From assembly GCA_002390205.1 (NCBI GenBank), contig DGOV01000079.1, positions 2,563-58,067 of the forward strand: a stretch of 55,505 nucleotides of DNA, given 5' to 3'. Shown here piece after piece: positions 32,671 to 41,683 of the stretch. The stretch's first letter is position 1. Every line of letters starts with the position of its first letter. The translations under genes and the position numbers were made by a program. Source of the DNA: Proteobacteria bacterium UBA4457 (GTDB lineage Bacteria > Pseudomonadota > Gammaproteobacteria > Ga0077536). A model generated the notes under the pieces. The model was not told where the DNA came from, ran no database searches, and was given only the letters and a program-made list of their open reading frames with translations.

Positions 32671-33105
32671 ATGAATCCTTTGCTTTTTATTCTCTTGTTG
32701 TTCATTGCTGTTCCATTAAGCGAGCTATTCTTGCTGATCAAAATTGGTCATGTTATCGGGGCTATTCCCACAATAATGCTAGCTCTATTTACAGCCGGAC
32801 TGGGCGTGATTTTAGTTAGAAGAGAGGGCGTATCCGTCTTGGCAAAGATCAATGCGTCTTTTCTAAACAGAGAAGCTCCTACAGTTGCCGTTTTAGAAGC
32901 CTTTATTCTACTGATTTCGGGACTGTTTTTATTGACCCCAGGTTTTATCACTGACGTTATTGGCTTTATATTTCTGTCTCCATTCCTCCGGCAAAGGGCA
33001 TCCATGCATTTCGCCAGCAAATTTGGCCGTCACAATCAGCCGGCGGGTAATTCCTCGACTACTACCCACACAATAGAAGGGAACTACAAAGTTGAAGATG
33101 ACTAG
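32671..33105 (+). CDS. fxsA: FxsA family membrane protein
   Basis: PLSELFLLIKIG, LLTPGFITDVIG, C-terminal TIEGNY; divergent from dsbD as usual; ATG 32671 likely. Confidence 0.9.
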   Translation: MNPLLFILLLFIAVPLSELFLLIKIGHVIGAIPTIMLALFTAGLGVILVRREGVSVLAKINASFLNREAPTVAVLEAFILLISGLFLLTPGFITDVIGFIFLSPFLRQRASMHFASKFGRHNQPAGNSSTTTHTIEGNYKVEDD

Positions 33106-33106
33106 A

Positions 33107-34258
33107 CTATAGAGAACACAATAGTTTTGCCGCACTGGCCAAAGTGTCATCTTCTTTACAAAAGCAAAATCTTACCACCCGACTACTTTCGCTGTCCGGA
33201 TCATCAAAGAAGACCGAGATCGGAATTGCCGCAACCCCTACCTCTTGAGTCAAATATTCTACAAACGCCTTATCTGGGACGTCCGCAATCCGTGAGTAGT
33301 CTGCTAATTGAAAAAAAGTACCTTTGCTGGGCTTGATAATAAAGCGCGACTCCTTCAGTGCAGAACAAAAAATATCTCTTTTCTTCTCGTAGAAACTCGG
33401 CAAGCTTTGTAAATGCTCCGGATTGGAGGCCATATAATCAGCTAGCGCGAATTGCACCGGCGTAAATGCTACAAAAGTTACGAATTGATGGACCGCTCTG
33501 AGTTCTTTAGTAAGTAATGCTGAAGCCACCACATACCCAGTTTTCCATCCGGTCGCATGGAAGGATTTACCAAAGGAGAATACCGCGAATGAGCGGGCCG
33601 CTAATTTAGGGCTAGATAAGACACTCTTGTGCTTTTTTCCATCAAACACAAAGTGCTCATACACTTCATCAGAAATTACGACTAGATCATATTTAACAGC
33701 AATTTCTTCAAGCTGCATCATATCATCATCTGACATAATTGAGCCCGTTGGATTATGTGGGAAGTTAACTATTATGACCTTACTCTTTGAGCTTATGGCG
33801 CTCTCAACCTGCCGCCAATCAATTGAATACTCAGGGGAGTAAAGCTTTAAATGTATCGGAACACCGCCGGAGAGCCGCACAGCTGGATCGTAGCAGTCGT
33901 AAACCGGATCAAACATAATAACCTCATCGCCCGGTTGAACAATTGCTGTAATAGCGCAATAAATTGCTTCCGTGGCTCCAGGCGTAATCGTTACTTCAGT
34001 ATCCCAGTTTACATCACGGTCATAATATTCTTTTATCTTGAAAGCACATTGCTGTCGCAAGGCTGCAATCCCTGCAAGAGGGGCATACTGATTATGTCCG
34101 TTATTGACATGCCAATTTAACCTTTCTTTAAGCGCTAGAGGAGGATCGTAATCTGGATAGCCCTGAGATAGGTTTATAGCTTTATAATCTTCCGCCATCT
34201 GGGACATAATGGTAAAGATAGTAGTACCCACATCAGGCAACTTGCTTATAAAATTCAT
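33107..34258 (-). CDS. ybdL: Methionine aminotransferase (YbdL-like, class I/II PLP)
   Basis: SKLPDVGTTIF, INLSQG, PHNPTG, SDEVY, SFGKSFHATGWK. Confidence 0.88.
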   Translation of the reverse strand: MNFISKLPDVGTTIFTIMSQMAEDYKAINLSQGYPDYDPPLALKERLNWHVNNGHNQYAPLAGIAALRQQCAFKIKEYYDRDVNWDTEVTITPGATEAIYCAITAIVQPGDEVIMFDPVYDCYDPAVRLSGGVPIHLKLYSPEYSIDWRQVESAISSKSKVIIVNFPHNPTGSIMSDDDMMQLEEIAVKYDLVVISDEVYEHFVFDGKKHKSVLSSPKLAARSFAVFSFGKSFHATGWKTGYVVASALLTKELRAVHQFVTFVAFTPVQFALADYMASNPEHLQSLPSFYEKKRDIFCSALKESRFIIKPSKGTFFQLADYSRIADVPDKAFVEYLTQEVGVAAIPISVFFDDPDSESSRVVRFCFCKEDDTLASAAKLLCSL

Positions 34259-34431
34259 TTTACAATTATACGCTGTGTTTTTCGCAGGCTAAACATAAAA
34301 ATAATGTTTGAAAGAATCTATGATTACAGTACTACTAAGTCTCAAATTGTGATGCAATTCAACAAAGGTCGGTTACACTGACCACATTTGAGCAATCTAC
34401 CCCAAAGGCAGAAACTTAGGAGCTTATTAGG

Positions 34432-35355
34432 ATGGACTACAAGGATCGAGACGGTGTCATATGGATGGATGGGCAAATGGTTCCGTGGCGAGATGCAAAC
34501 GTACATGTGCTTACTCATTCACTTCACTATGGTGTAGGTGCTTTCGAAGGGATCCGAGCTTACGAAACAAGTACTGGGACCGCTATCTTCCGCCTGAAAG
34601 AACATATCAAAAGACTTTATGACTCAGCTCATATCCTAGAAATGGCGATACCTTATGAAAAGCAAGTGATCGAAAACGCCTGCATACAGGCTGTTAAACT
34701 GAATAAACTCACTTCAGCCTATATCCGGCCATTGGTCTATTATGGATCGGAGTCAGTAGGGCTTGGTGTTCAAGGTTTGTCTGTGCACGTCGCTATCGCG
34801 ACTTGGTTCTGGGGCGCTTACCTTGGGGAGGAAGCTCTAGAAAAAGGCATTCGGATAAAAACGTCTTCGTACACTAGGCATTTAGTAAACAGCGTCATGT
34901 GTCGGGCAAAAGCAACCGGCAACTATATAAACTCTGTTCTCGCTCACCAAGAGGCTGCCAGAGACGGGTATGACGAAGCCTTGCTGTTGGATAATGAAGG
35001 AATGGTCGCCGAAGGGTCTGGGGAAAATATTTTCATCGTTCGAGATGGTGTAATCTTCACCCCTCAAATCGGTTCTTCTTTGGAAGGGATAACCCGTGCA
35101 ACAATTTTAAAACTTGCTGATGACGAAGGCTTAAAGGTCGTTGAAAAACGCATTACCCGAGACGAAATCTATATCTCTGACGAAGCTTTTTTCACTGGCA
35201 CGGCCGCAGAAGTTACCCCCATCTGGCAAATGGATAATAGAACCATAGGCTCTGGTTCTCGAGGGCCGATAACCCAAAGACTACAAGATGCTTACCTCAA
35301 GCTCGTTACGGGGAAACGCAAAGACATCTCTAATTGGCTGACACCTATTGCTTAA
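34432..35355 (+). CDS. ilvE: Branched-chain amino acid aminotransferase
   Basis: HSLHYG, FEGIRAY, AKATGNY, EGSGEN, GITR, FTGTAAEV. Confidence 0.96.
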   Translation: MDYKDRDGVIWMDGQMVPWRDANVHVLTHSLHYGVGAFEGIRAYETSTGTAIFRLKEHIKRLYDSAHILEMAIPYEKQVIENACIQAVKLNKLTSAYIRPLVYYGSESVGLGVQGLSVHVAIATWFWGAYLGEEALEKGIRIKTSSYTRHLVNSVMCRAKATGNYINSVLAHQEAARDGYDEALLLDNEGMVAEGSGENIFIVRDGVIFTPQIGSSLEGITRATILKLADDEGLKVVEKRITRDEIYISDEAFFTGTAAEVTPIWQMDNRTIGSGSRGPITQRLQDAYLKLVTGKRKDISNWLTPIA

Positions 35356-35364
35356 CCTGTCATT

Positions 35365-36291
35365 GTGAAAAACCTTCCCATTGTAATTTGGCAACTCTCT
35401 GACAAAAGACGCGGGCACGACCGGCAATCACTTGGCCTATCAAACGCACTATCTAAGCTGATAACGGCGGAAACTCATATAGTCACTGTTGAGAGCTTTA
35501 AGCTGCTCAACCTACTGCGCCGCGGATTCTCTCCACCTCAAGAACTTCCACTTCCACATTTGATAATTGGAGCCGGGCACCAATGTCAAAATGCTCTCGT
35601 CAAAGCAAAAAAAACAGCTGGCGGTCTGTCAATTTGTCTTATGAAACCATCATTACCGAGAGCGTGGTTTGACCTCTGCATAATTCCTGAGCATGACAAG
35701 GTCTCTCGTCGCCAAAATACAATAGAAACGAAGGGGGTTCTAAATCCAGTCGTATCAAAAATAGCGCCGCCCTTAAATAATGGAGTGGTTTTAATCGGCG
35801 GCCCTTCCCGACATCATAACTGGGACGCTAACGATCTTGTCTCGCAAATACGAACTATAATAGAAGATGATAGTCACACTACTTGGACAATTGCTAATTC
35901 GCGCCGAACTCCGTCAGGCACTGCCAATCTGATCATGAACGACCCTATACTTAAAGATAAGTTCTTCCAAATAGACGACCTCCCGTTGAACTGGATCGAC
36001 CAGAAGATAGAGTCTTGCGGTCGGATCTGGGTCACTGCGGATAGCGTGTCCATGATTTTTGAAGCTCTTAGCACAAAAGCCAAAGTAGGCATTATAGACG
36101 TGCCCGCTAAACGCTCAGACCGAATCAATACTATTGCCCCTAACTTACAGAAACTGGGCTGGGTCTATCACGGAGATGCAAGTCCCGATATTCACCGACC
36201 CAACCTTAACGAAGCAAATCGTTGCGCAATGACAATACTAAAACGCTGGCCTTCTCTCATGACAGCTAATTCAAATTCCTCCCTTCCATGA
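35365..36291 (+). CDS. ELM1/GtrOC1-family putative glycosyltransferase
   Basis: N-terminal SDKRRGHDRQSLGL, IGAGH, PEHD, LIGGPS, SRRTP, VTADSVSMIFEA. Confidence 0.82.
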   Translation: MKNLPIVIWQLSDKRRGHDRQSLGLSNALSKLITAETHIVTVESFKLLNLLRRGFSPPQELPLPHLIIGAGHQCQNALVKAKKTAGGLSICLMKPSLPRAWFDLCIIPEHDKVSRRQNTIETKGVLNPVVSKIAPPLNNGVVLIGGPSRHHNWDANDLVSQIRTIIEDDSHTTWTIANSRRTPSGTANLIMNDPILKDKFFQIDDLPLNWIDQKIESCGRIWVTADSVSMIFEALSTKAKVGIIDVPAKRSDRINTIAPNLQKLGWVYHGDASPDIHRPNLNEANRCAMTILKRWPSLMTANSNSSLP

Positions 36292-37427
36292 CCAAGAAAT
36301 TAAACATCATCCAAATCCTACCTGAACTTGAGGTAGGTGGAGTAGAACGCGGCACCGTTCAAATAAGTAGAGCGCTTGTCAACCGAGGCCACACGGCGAT
36401 TGTAATGTCAGGGGGAGGGCGTCTTGTCAAAGAACTTAATGCATTAGGGGTTGAACATATAGAACTCCCTGTTGGGGCTAAAAAACTATCATCTGTTTTC
36501 TTAATTTATAAACTAGTGCGCACTTTTTTAAATAAGAAGATAGATATTGTTCATTCCCGATCTAGGCTGCCTTCTTGGCTGGTGTGGATTGCACTTAATT
36601 TTCTTTCTAAAAACAAGCGGCCTGTTTGGATCACAACCGTGCATGGACCATATAGTGTTAACGCATACAGCAGTATTATGATAAAAGGAGATCACGTCAT
36701 AGCTGTATCGCATTTCATAGAACGTTACATCAAAAAAAACTATAGCAAAGCTCATCAGAAAGATATCACCGTTATACCTCGAGGCATCGAAAAAGATCTT
36801 TACCGCAGAAGCTTTCGTCCTTCTGATGCCTGGATGGACAACTGGCAACAGCAACTCAAGCACAATGCTGATGCAAAAATTTTGACGATCGCTGGACGAT
36901 TGACACGGTGGAAAGGTCAATTAGACTTTATCCTAATACTGGCTGGACTTAGAAAAAGAGGTGTGAATGCATTTGGACTAATCGTGGGTTCTGCACATAA
37001 AAACAATAAAGCTTATGAGGATGAGCTCAAAATTGCTGCGCAAACATACGGGGTCACTCCGTACCTCCTCTTTTTAGGATCGAGATCTGATCTCATGGAG
37101 ATATTTTCAATCTCTGACTGCGCTTATTCTCTAGCCAAAAAGCCAGAGGCTTTTGGCCGAACTACAATCGAAGCACTTGCCCTTGGAACCCCCGTTATCG
37201 GCTACGATCACGGGGGAACATCAGAAATACTAGACGATGTCTTTCCACGTGGAAAGGTTGCTTTGAATGACATCAACGCGGTAATTGATCGGACTATAGA
37301 GGTTCTAGCAAACCACCCGTTAATTACTGAAAGTCATCCCTATACCGTTGGAAGAATGGAACTCGCAACTCTCAGTTTGTACGAGCGCTCAACAACAAAA
37401 ATCCTGATTTCTAAAAATGTCAGATAA
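36288..37427 (+). CDS. Glycosyltransferase family 4
   Basis: LPELEVGGVERGT, HSRSRLP, GRLTRWKG, EAFGRTTIEA (ExxGxxxxE). Confidence 0.9.
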   Translation: MTKKLNIIQILPELEVGGVERGTVQISRALVNRGHTAIVMSGGGRLVKELNALGVEHIELPVGAKKLSSVFLIYKLVRTFLNKKIDIVHSRSRLPSWLVWIALNFLSKNKRPVWITTVHGPYSVNAYSSIMIKGDHVIAVSHFIERYIKKNYSKAHQKDITVIPRGIEKDLYRRSFRPSDAWMDNWQQQLKHNADAKILTIAGRLTRWKGQLDFILILAGLRKRGVNAFGLIVGSAHKNNKAYEDELKIAAQTYGVTPYLLFLGSRSDLMEIFSISDCAYSLAKKPEAFGRTTIEALALGTPVIGYDHGGTSEILDDVFPRGKVALNDINAVIDRTIEVLANHPLITESHPYTVGRMELATLSLYERSTTKILISKNVR

Positions 37428-38367
37428 AGTACTAATAATAAAACTAGGGGCTTTAGGCGATATTGTGATGTCTACTCCATTAGTTTATGCCATAAAAAAG
37501 CATCATCCACGGAGCCAGACGGTCTTATTAACAGCAATACAATTTGGTTATGTCTTTGAAAATTTTGATGGGATTTCGATTAAGACTTTCGATCGTCACA
37601 GCCTGTATCGAACGTTAGAAATCGCGAAGTGGATCAGATCAAACAATTTTACCCATATCTATGATCTTCAGGGTTCAAGACGAACTGGCATACTTACCCT
37701 TATGTCTAGAGCCACATTCCGGGTGGGAAACCACAATGCGCTCAGCTATACTCATTTCCCTGCAGCCCCATGGAAAGGACAACAGCATATTTTTGATAGG
37801 ATGTGTCTTTTACTAAAAACCTGCGACATCAATGTCCATGAGCGCCGGCCTATTCTAAAGGCATCTAAAGTCATAGAAAACAAAATTTCCTCGTGGCTTG
37901 AAACACACAGTTTAGATACCGACTCTTATGTCATTATGCATGCTGGCTCAAGCCCACTTAAACCGGAAAAACGTTGGCCTTATTTTTCAGCTCTTGCCCT
38001 ATATTTCCAATCAAAGGATATAACCACAGTGTGGGTCGGAGCCACAGATGACGAGAGCCTTAATACTGCATTAAGTGAGGTAACTGGAGTCAATGCCTCA
38101 ATGGCTTTTAATATATTCGAGTTGGCAGAGCTCGGGAGAAGAGCAAGGTTTGCTGTAACTAATGACTCAGGGCCCATGCATATCTTGGCAGCTGCAAATA
38201 TCCCTATCTTCGGTATATTTGGCCCCACGGACTGGAGCCGAAACCATGCGTTAGGGCAGGAAGATAACGTTATCGCAACAACACGCACGAAACTGAACGA
38301 AACAAGCCTAACAGAACTGTCAGTTGAAACCGTAATTGATGTAATCTCGTCAAAACTATTTTTGTAA
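37417..38367 (+). CDS. Glycosyltransferase family 9 (heptosyltransferase-like)
   Basis: IIKLGALGDIV, YDLQ, KRWP, NDSGPMHI, FGPT. Confidence 0.88.
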   Translation: MSDKVLIIKLGALGDIVMSTPLVYAIKKHHPRSQTVLLTAIQFGYVFENFDGISIKTFDRHSLYRTLEIAKWIRSNNFTHIYDLQGSRRTGILTLMSRATFRVGNHNALSYTHFPAAPWKGQQHIFDRMCLLLKTCDINVHERRPILKASKVIENKISSWLETHSLDTDSYVIMHAGSSPLKPEKRWPYFSALALYFQSKDITTVWVGATDDESLNTALSEVTGVNASMAFNIFELAELGRRARFAVTNDSGPMHILAAANIPIFGIFGPTDWSRNHALGQEDNVIATTRTKLNETSLTELSVETVIDVISSKLFL

Positions 38368-39393
38368 TAACCGCGCGTACAAAGACTCATATTGAGCAAC
38401 AACAGATGAAGCCGAATAGTTCAGTTCGAAGCACTGCAACGCTTTCGCAGCTTTCAAATGTCTGTCCTCAGAACGAATGGTATCAAGGATATCGTTGGCT
38501 AAACTGGTAGAGCTTTGTAGATCAGTAAAATAGCCCATATCGGAATCCAATATCTCCAGCGGCCCCTGCGTTTTACTAGCCAAAATCGGAACCCCAGATG
38601 CCATCGCTTCTAAAACAACGATCCCAAAAGGCTCGTCTCTTGAAGGCAAGATAAAAAGATCGCCATCCTTAAGAAATTGAGAGATATCGTCTACCCATCC
38701 AACCAAATTAACGACCTCGGTAAGCCCTAACCGGTCTACTAATTTAACGAGCCGCTTTTCTTCTGGTCCACCGCCCCCTAAATCTAATGTGACCGCCTGG
38801 CCACTTTTTCGAACCAGATTAATAGCTTCTAACAATAAATCAAAACCTTTTTTATGTACAAAACGACCTAGCGCTTTTATTTTGAATACGGTCGGCTGAC
38901 TCCGCGTCCTGCGAGCAGAAGCTATAGCAATAGAACTGAAATTCGGGATCTTACATATCTTCGTTCTTGGTATGCCCCCCGCGATCAAATAAGCCTCCTG
39001 CGCCATTGTCGTGGGGACAAAACAGTTTACGTTCTTATAATATTTTAAGTTAACTAGATTGTGTGTTTTTACTAAGAGTGGAATCCGATCTTTTTTTGAA
39101 GCCTTCCCCGCCAACATTGCAGCTCTAGCGAGGTGCGCGTGAATGATTACACCACCAAATTTTTCTGTCTCTTTGCCGATCGCTTTTACAACCCGCCAGT
39201 CCCAGGATCCTAAGCACGTTACTCCGACAGTTCTGAACATATTGTTTTCTTTTAGCTTGGGATAAAGAAATCCTCGCACATCAACGATGGTAAGGACTTC
39301 ATGACCTCTAGAAACAAGATCCAGTGTTATATCAAGAAAGCTCCGTTCTGCTCCCCCAAACCCCCGCGCCAACATCACCTGTACTATCTTCAT
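38356..39393 (-). CDS. Glycosyltransferase family 4
   Basis: GFGGAER, LGRFVHKKGFD, PSRDEPFGIVVLEAM. Confidence 0.9.
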   Translation of the reverse strand: MKIVQVMLARGFGGAERSFLDITLDLVSRGHEVLTIVDVRGFLYPKLKENNMFRTVGVTCLGSWDWRVVKAIGKETEKFGGVIIHAHLARAAMLAGKASKKDRIPLLVKTHNLVNLKYYKNVNCFVPTTMAQEAYLIAGGIPRTKICKIPNFSSIAIASARRTRSQPTVFKIKALGRFVHKKGFDLLLEAINLVRKSGQAVTLDLGGGGPEEKRLVKLVDRLGLTEVVNLVGWVDDISQFLKDGDLFILPSRDEPFGIVVLEAMASGVPILASKTQGPLEILDSDMGYFTDLQSSTSLANDILDTIRSEDRHLKAAKALQCFELNYSASSVVAQYESLYARLLQK

Positions 39394-39395
39394 TT

Positions 39396-40298
39396 TTATC
39401 TCCCTTTCTTGAGATGGGGCAACATCGCTTCAAAAACAGAATCAGGAGTCAGCTTATCCAAATTATTTTCTGGCGCCACCAATACAAATGAAGTCATGCT
39501 GAGTGGCTTGTAACGATCTGGATTTCCTGGGCCAAAGAGAGTAAGTGTTGGCACGCTAAGCGAAGCAGCCAAATGCCCTAAGCCAGAATCATTGCCAATG
39601 AAAAAAGAAGATTGAGATAGCAGGACTTTAACTAAGCTGAGATTAGTTTTCCCCGTAAAGTCAAAGATCGGCGTAGTACTTTTTTCTGTTTCTTCCAGGC
39701 TATCACCTTCTATTCCAAGCAGTAAAACCGCATCAAATTGACCATCTAATTTAAATATTAACTCACGATACCGGGATACTGCCCATTTTTTCCCTGGCCA
39801 ATTTGCACCCGGCGCCACGGCCAGCCATCGCCCTTGTGGAATAATAGACACCGCGGCTCGCGCTTTTCGGGCTTCTTCTTGGTCAATGTAAATTTTACAC
39901 AGCGGCGTTTTGAAGTCTTTATTAAGTAAAGGTAAAATCGCACTCATATGCTCTTGCACAGAGTGCTGGGAAAAACCAGTTCGAGATCTCTTATAAAGAC
40001 GTTTTTCCCCTCGCAAAAGTATTGGTATAAGGTTTGTTCTTAAATCAACAATGAGGTCATATTTTTGCCGCCTTAGCCTTCCGAGTAACCGCACGTTTTC
40101 CCACAAGGAAGCTTTTTTCCTACGATGATAAGTTACCCCCAAATAAGGGGCGCCTAGGAAAATCTCTGAAGACCTTTCGTCTCCGATAATATCAATTACA
40201 GAATTTGGGTATAGCTGATGCAAAGTCTCGAATACAGGCGTAGTCATCACTGCATCCCCGATATTGCTTAGGGTTACTACCAGAATCCGATCAAACAT
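39396..40298 (-). CDS. Glycosyltransferase family 9 (heptosyltransferase-like)
   Basis: LSNIGDAVM, VDLR, APGANWPGKKW, GNDSGLGHLAA, LFGP. Confidence 0.88.
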   Translation of the reverse strand: MFDRILVVTLSNIGDAVMTTPVFETLHQLYPNSVIDIIGDERSSEIFLGAPYLGVTYHRRKKASLWENVRLLGRLRRQKYDLIVDLRTNLIPILLRGEKRLYKRSRTGFSQHSVQEHMSAILPLLNKDFKTPLCKIYIDQEEARKARAAVSIIPQGRWLAVAPGANWPGKKWAVSRYRELIFKLDGQFDAVLLLGIEGDSLEETEKSTTPIFDFTGKTNLSLVKVLLSQSSFFIGNDSGLGHLAASLSVPTLTLFGPGNPDRYKPLSMTSFVLVAPENNLDKLTPDSVFEAMLPHLKKGR

Positions 40299-40317
40299 TG
40301 GAGGGGCCGTTGCTGTC

Positions 40318-41667
40318 TCATTTACCGATACAAAATTTAGAAAAAATATCGCCCAACATATCTTCGGTACTATAGCGTCCAGAAATTACGTCGAGTGCTT
40401 GAATGGCATTTCTATAATTTTCGGAGACTAGCTCGGGGCTCGTGAGAAAGGAGTCTTGTGAAATCGAGCGCAAATGCACTAAAGCTTTTTTTAGCGCCAC
40501 CACATGCCGAGAACGAGCCGTAATTTCATTTTCAGAGCTCGCGGCTGTATCGGATGCCGATAGAATTGTACGTCGAAGATCATCTATGCCCTCACCAGTG
40601 AGAGCTGAGACAAATACTGGGGTTTGTTCCTGACTAGCGTGCTTTAATTTCAACTCTGGGTACTGATCTACCTTATTGAACACTCTGATTATTTTGGCAC
40701 CAACCGGCACTTTTAAGCCTATCTCCTCTCCAACATAAGGCTCCGAAACTCCCGCGCCCATCAGATGGATTATGATATCAGCGGTATCCAATATTTGTAT
40801 TGTCCGTCTTATCCCCTCTTTTTCTATAAAATCATTGCTCTCGTGTATGCCTGCAGTATCGCAAATCCGTACGGGCACACCTTCTATATTTGTATCAAAT
40901 TCAACAGTATCTCTGGTTGTCCCAGGAATATCCGATACAATAGATCGATCTGAGTCTGCTAATTTATTTAAAAGTGACGATTTTCCAGCATTTGGAGCAC
41001 CTGCAATCACCACCTTCAGACCTTCGGTTAAGCGGGCACCGAGCAGAGAGCGTTTTTCTAATTTTACCAGAGCAGAAATTAAACATTTGTTCTTGATCTT
41101 CTGCTCCTTGAGTAGGTCATTCGAAACGACCTCATCCGAAAAATCAATCGCAGCTTCTAACTCGGCCCTAGTCAATTGTATTTGTTGTATCAACTGTTGG
41201 ACAATTGCACCAAACTCTCCACTCATAGATCTCTGCGCGGACTTAACCGCCCTGATAGTTTGTGAATTTATTACATCTGCTACAGCCTCTGCTTGAGACA
41301 GATCTATTTTGTTGTTTCGGAATGCTCTTTCAGTAAATTCTCCGGGCCGTGCGATCCTTGCCTGGTGACAACAAAACACCCTAACGAGCTCGTCTAATAT
41401 AAGCGGGTTCCCGTGAGCTTGAATCTCAACCAGATCCTCTCCTGTATATGAATGAGGACCTTCATAATAGAGAACAATCCCCGTGTCAATTTTACTGCCT
41501 GAGTTATCAATGAAAGCCGACAGAGTAGCATGTCTCACTTTACTAGGAGGGGTTTTACAGATTATTTTGGATATGGCAAAGGCTTCATGTCCCGAAACAC
41601 GCACAATCCCTATGCCACCTCGACCTGGTGGCGTTGAAACCGCGACAATCGTTTCATCTGTGCTCAA
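40318..41667 (-). CDS. mnmE: tRNA modification GTPase MnmE
   Basis: TPPGRGGIGIVRVSG, GEFTERAF, GAPNAGKSS, GTTRD, DTAG, NKVD, C-terminal FCIGK. Confidence 0.97.
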   Translation of the reverse strand: MSTDETIVAVSTPPGRGGIGIVRVSGHEAFAISKIICKTPPSKVRHATLSAFIDNSGSKIDTGIVLYYEGPHSYTGEDLVEIQAHGNPLILDELVRVFCCHQARIARPGEFTERAFRNNKIDLSQAEAVADVINSQTIRAVKSAQRSMSGEFGAIVQQLIQQIQLTRAELEAAIDFSDEVVSNDLLKEQKIKNKCLISALVKLEKRSLLGARLTEGLKVVIAGAPNAGKSSLLNKLADSDRSIVSDIPGTTRDTVEFDTNIEGVPVRICDTAGIHESNDFIEKEGIRRTIQILDTADIIIHLMGAGVSEPYVGEEIGLKVPVGAKIIRVFNKVDQYPELKLKHASQEQTPVFVSALTGEGIDDLRRTILSASDTAASSENEITARSRHVVALKKALVHLRSISQDSFLTSPELVSENYRNAIQALDVISGRYSTEDMLGDIFSKFCIGK

Positions 41668-41683
41668 TATATTTACGCGTAAA

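Noticed and set aside
32604-32741. Apparent 100-bp head-to-head overlap of dsbD and fxsA
   Set aside because: Disappears when the downstream ATGs (32603 and 32671) are used.
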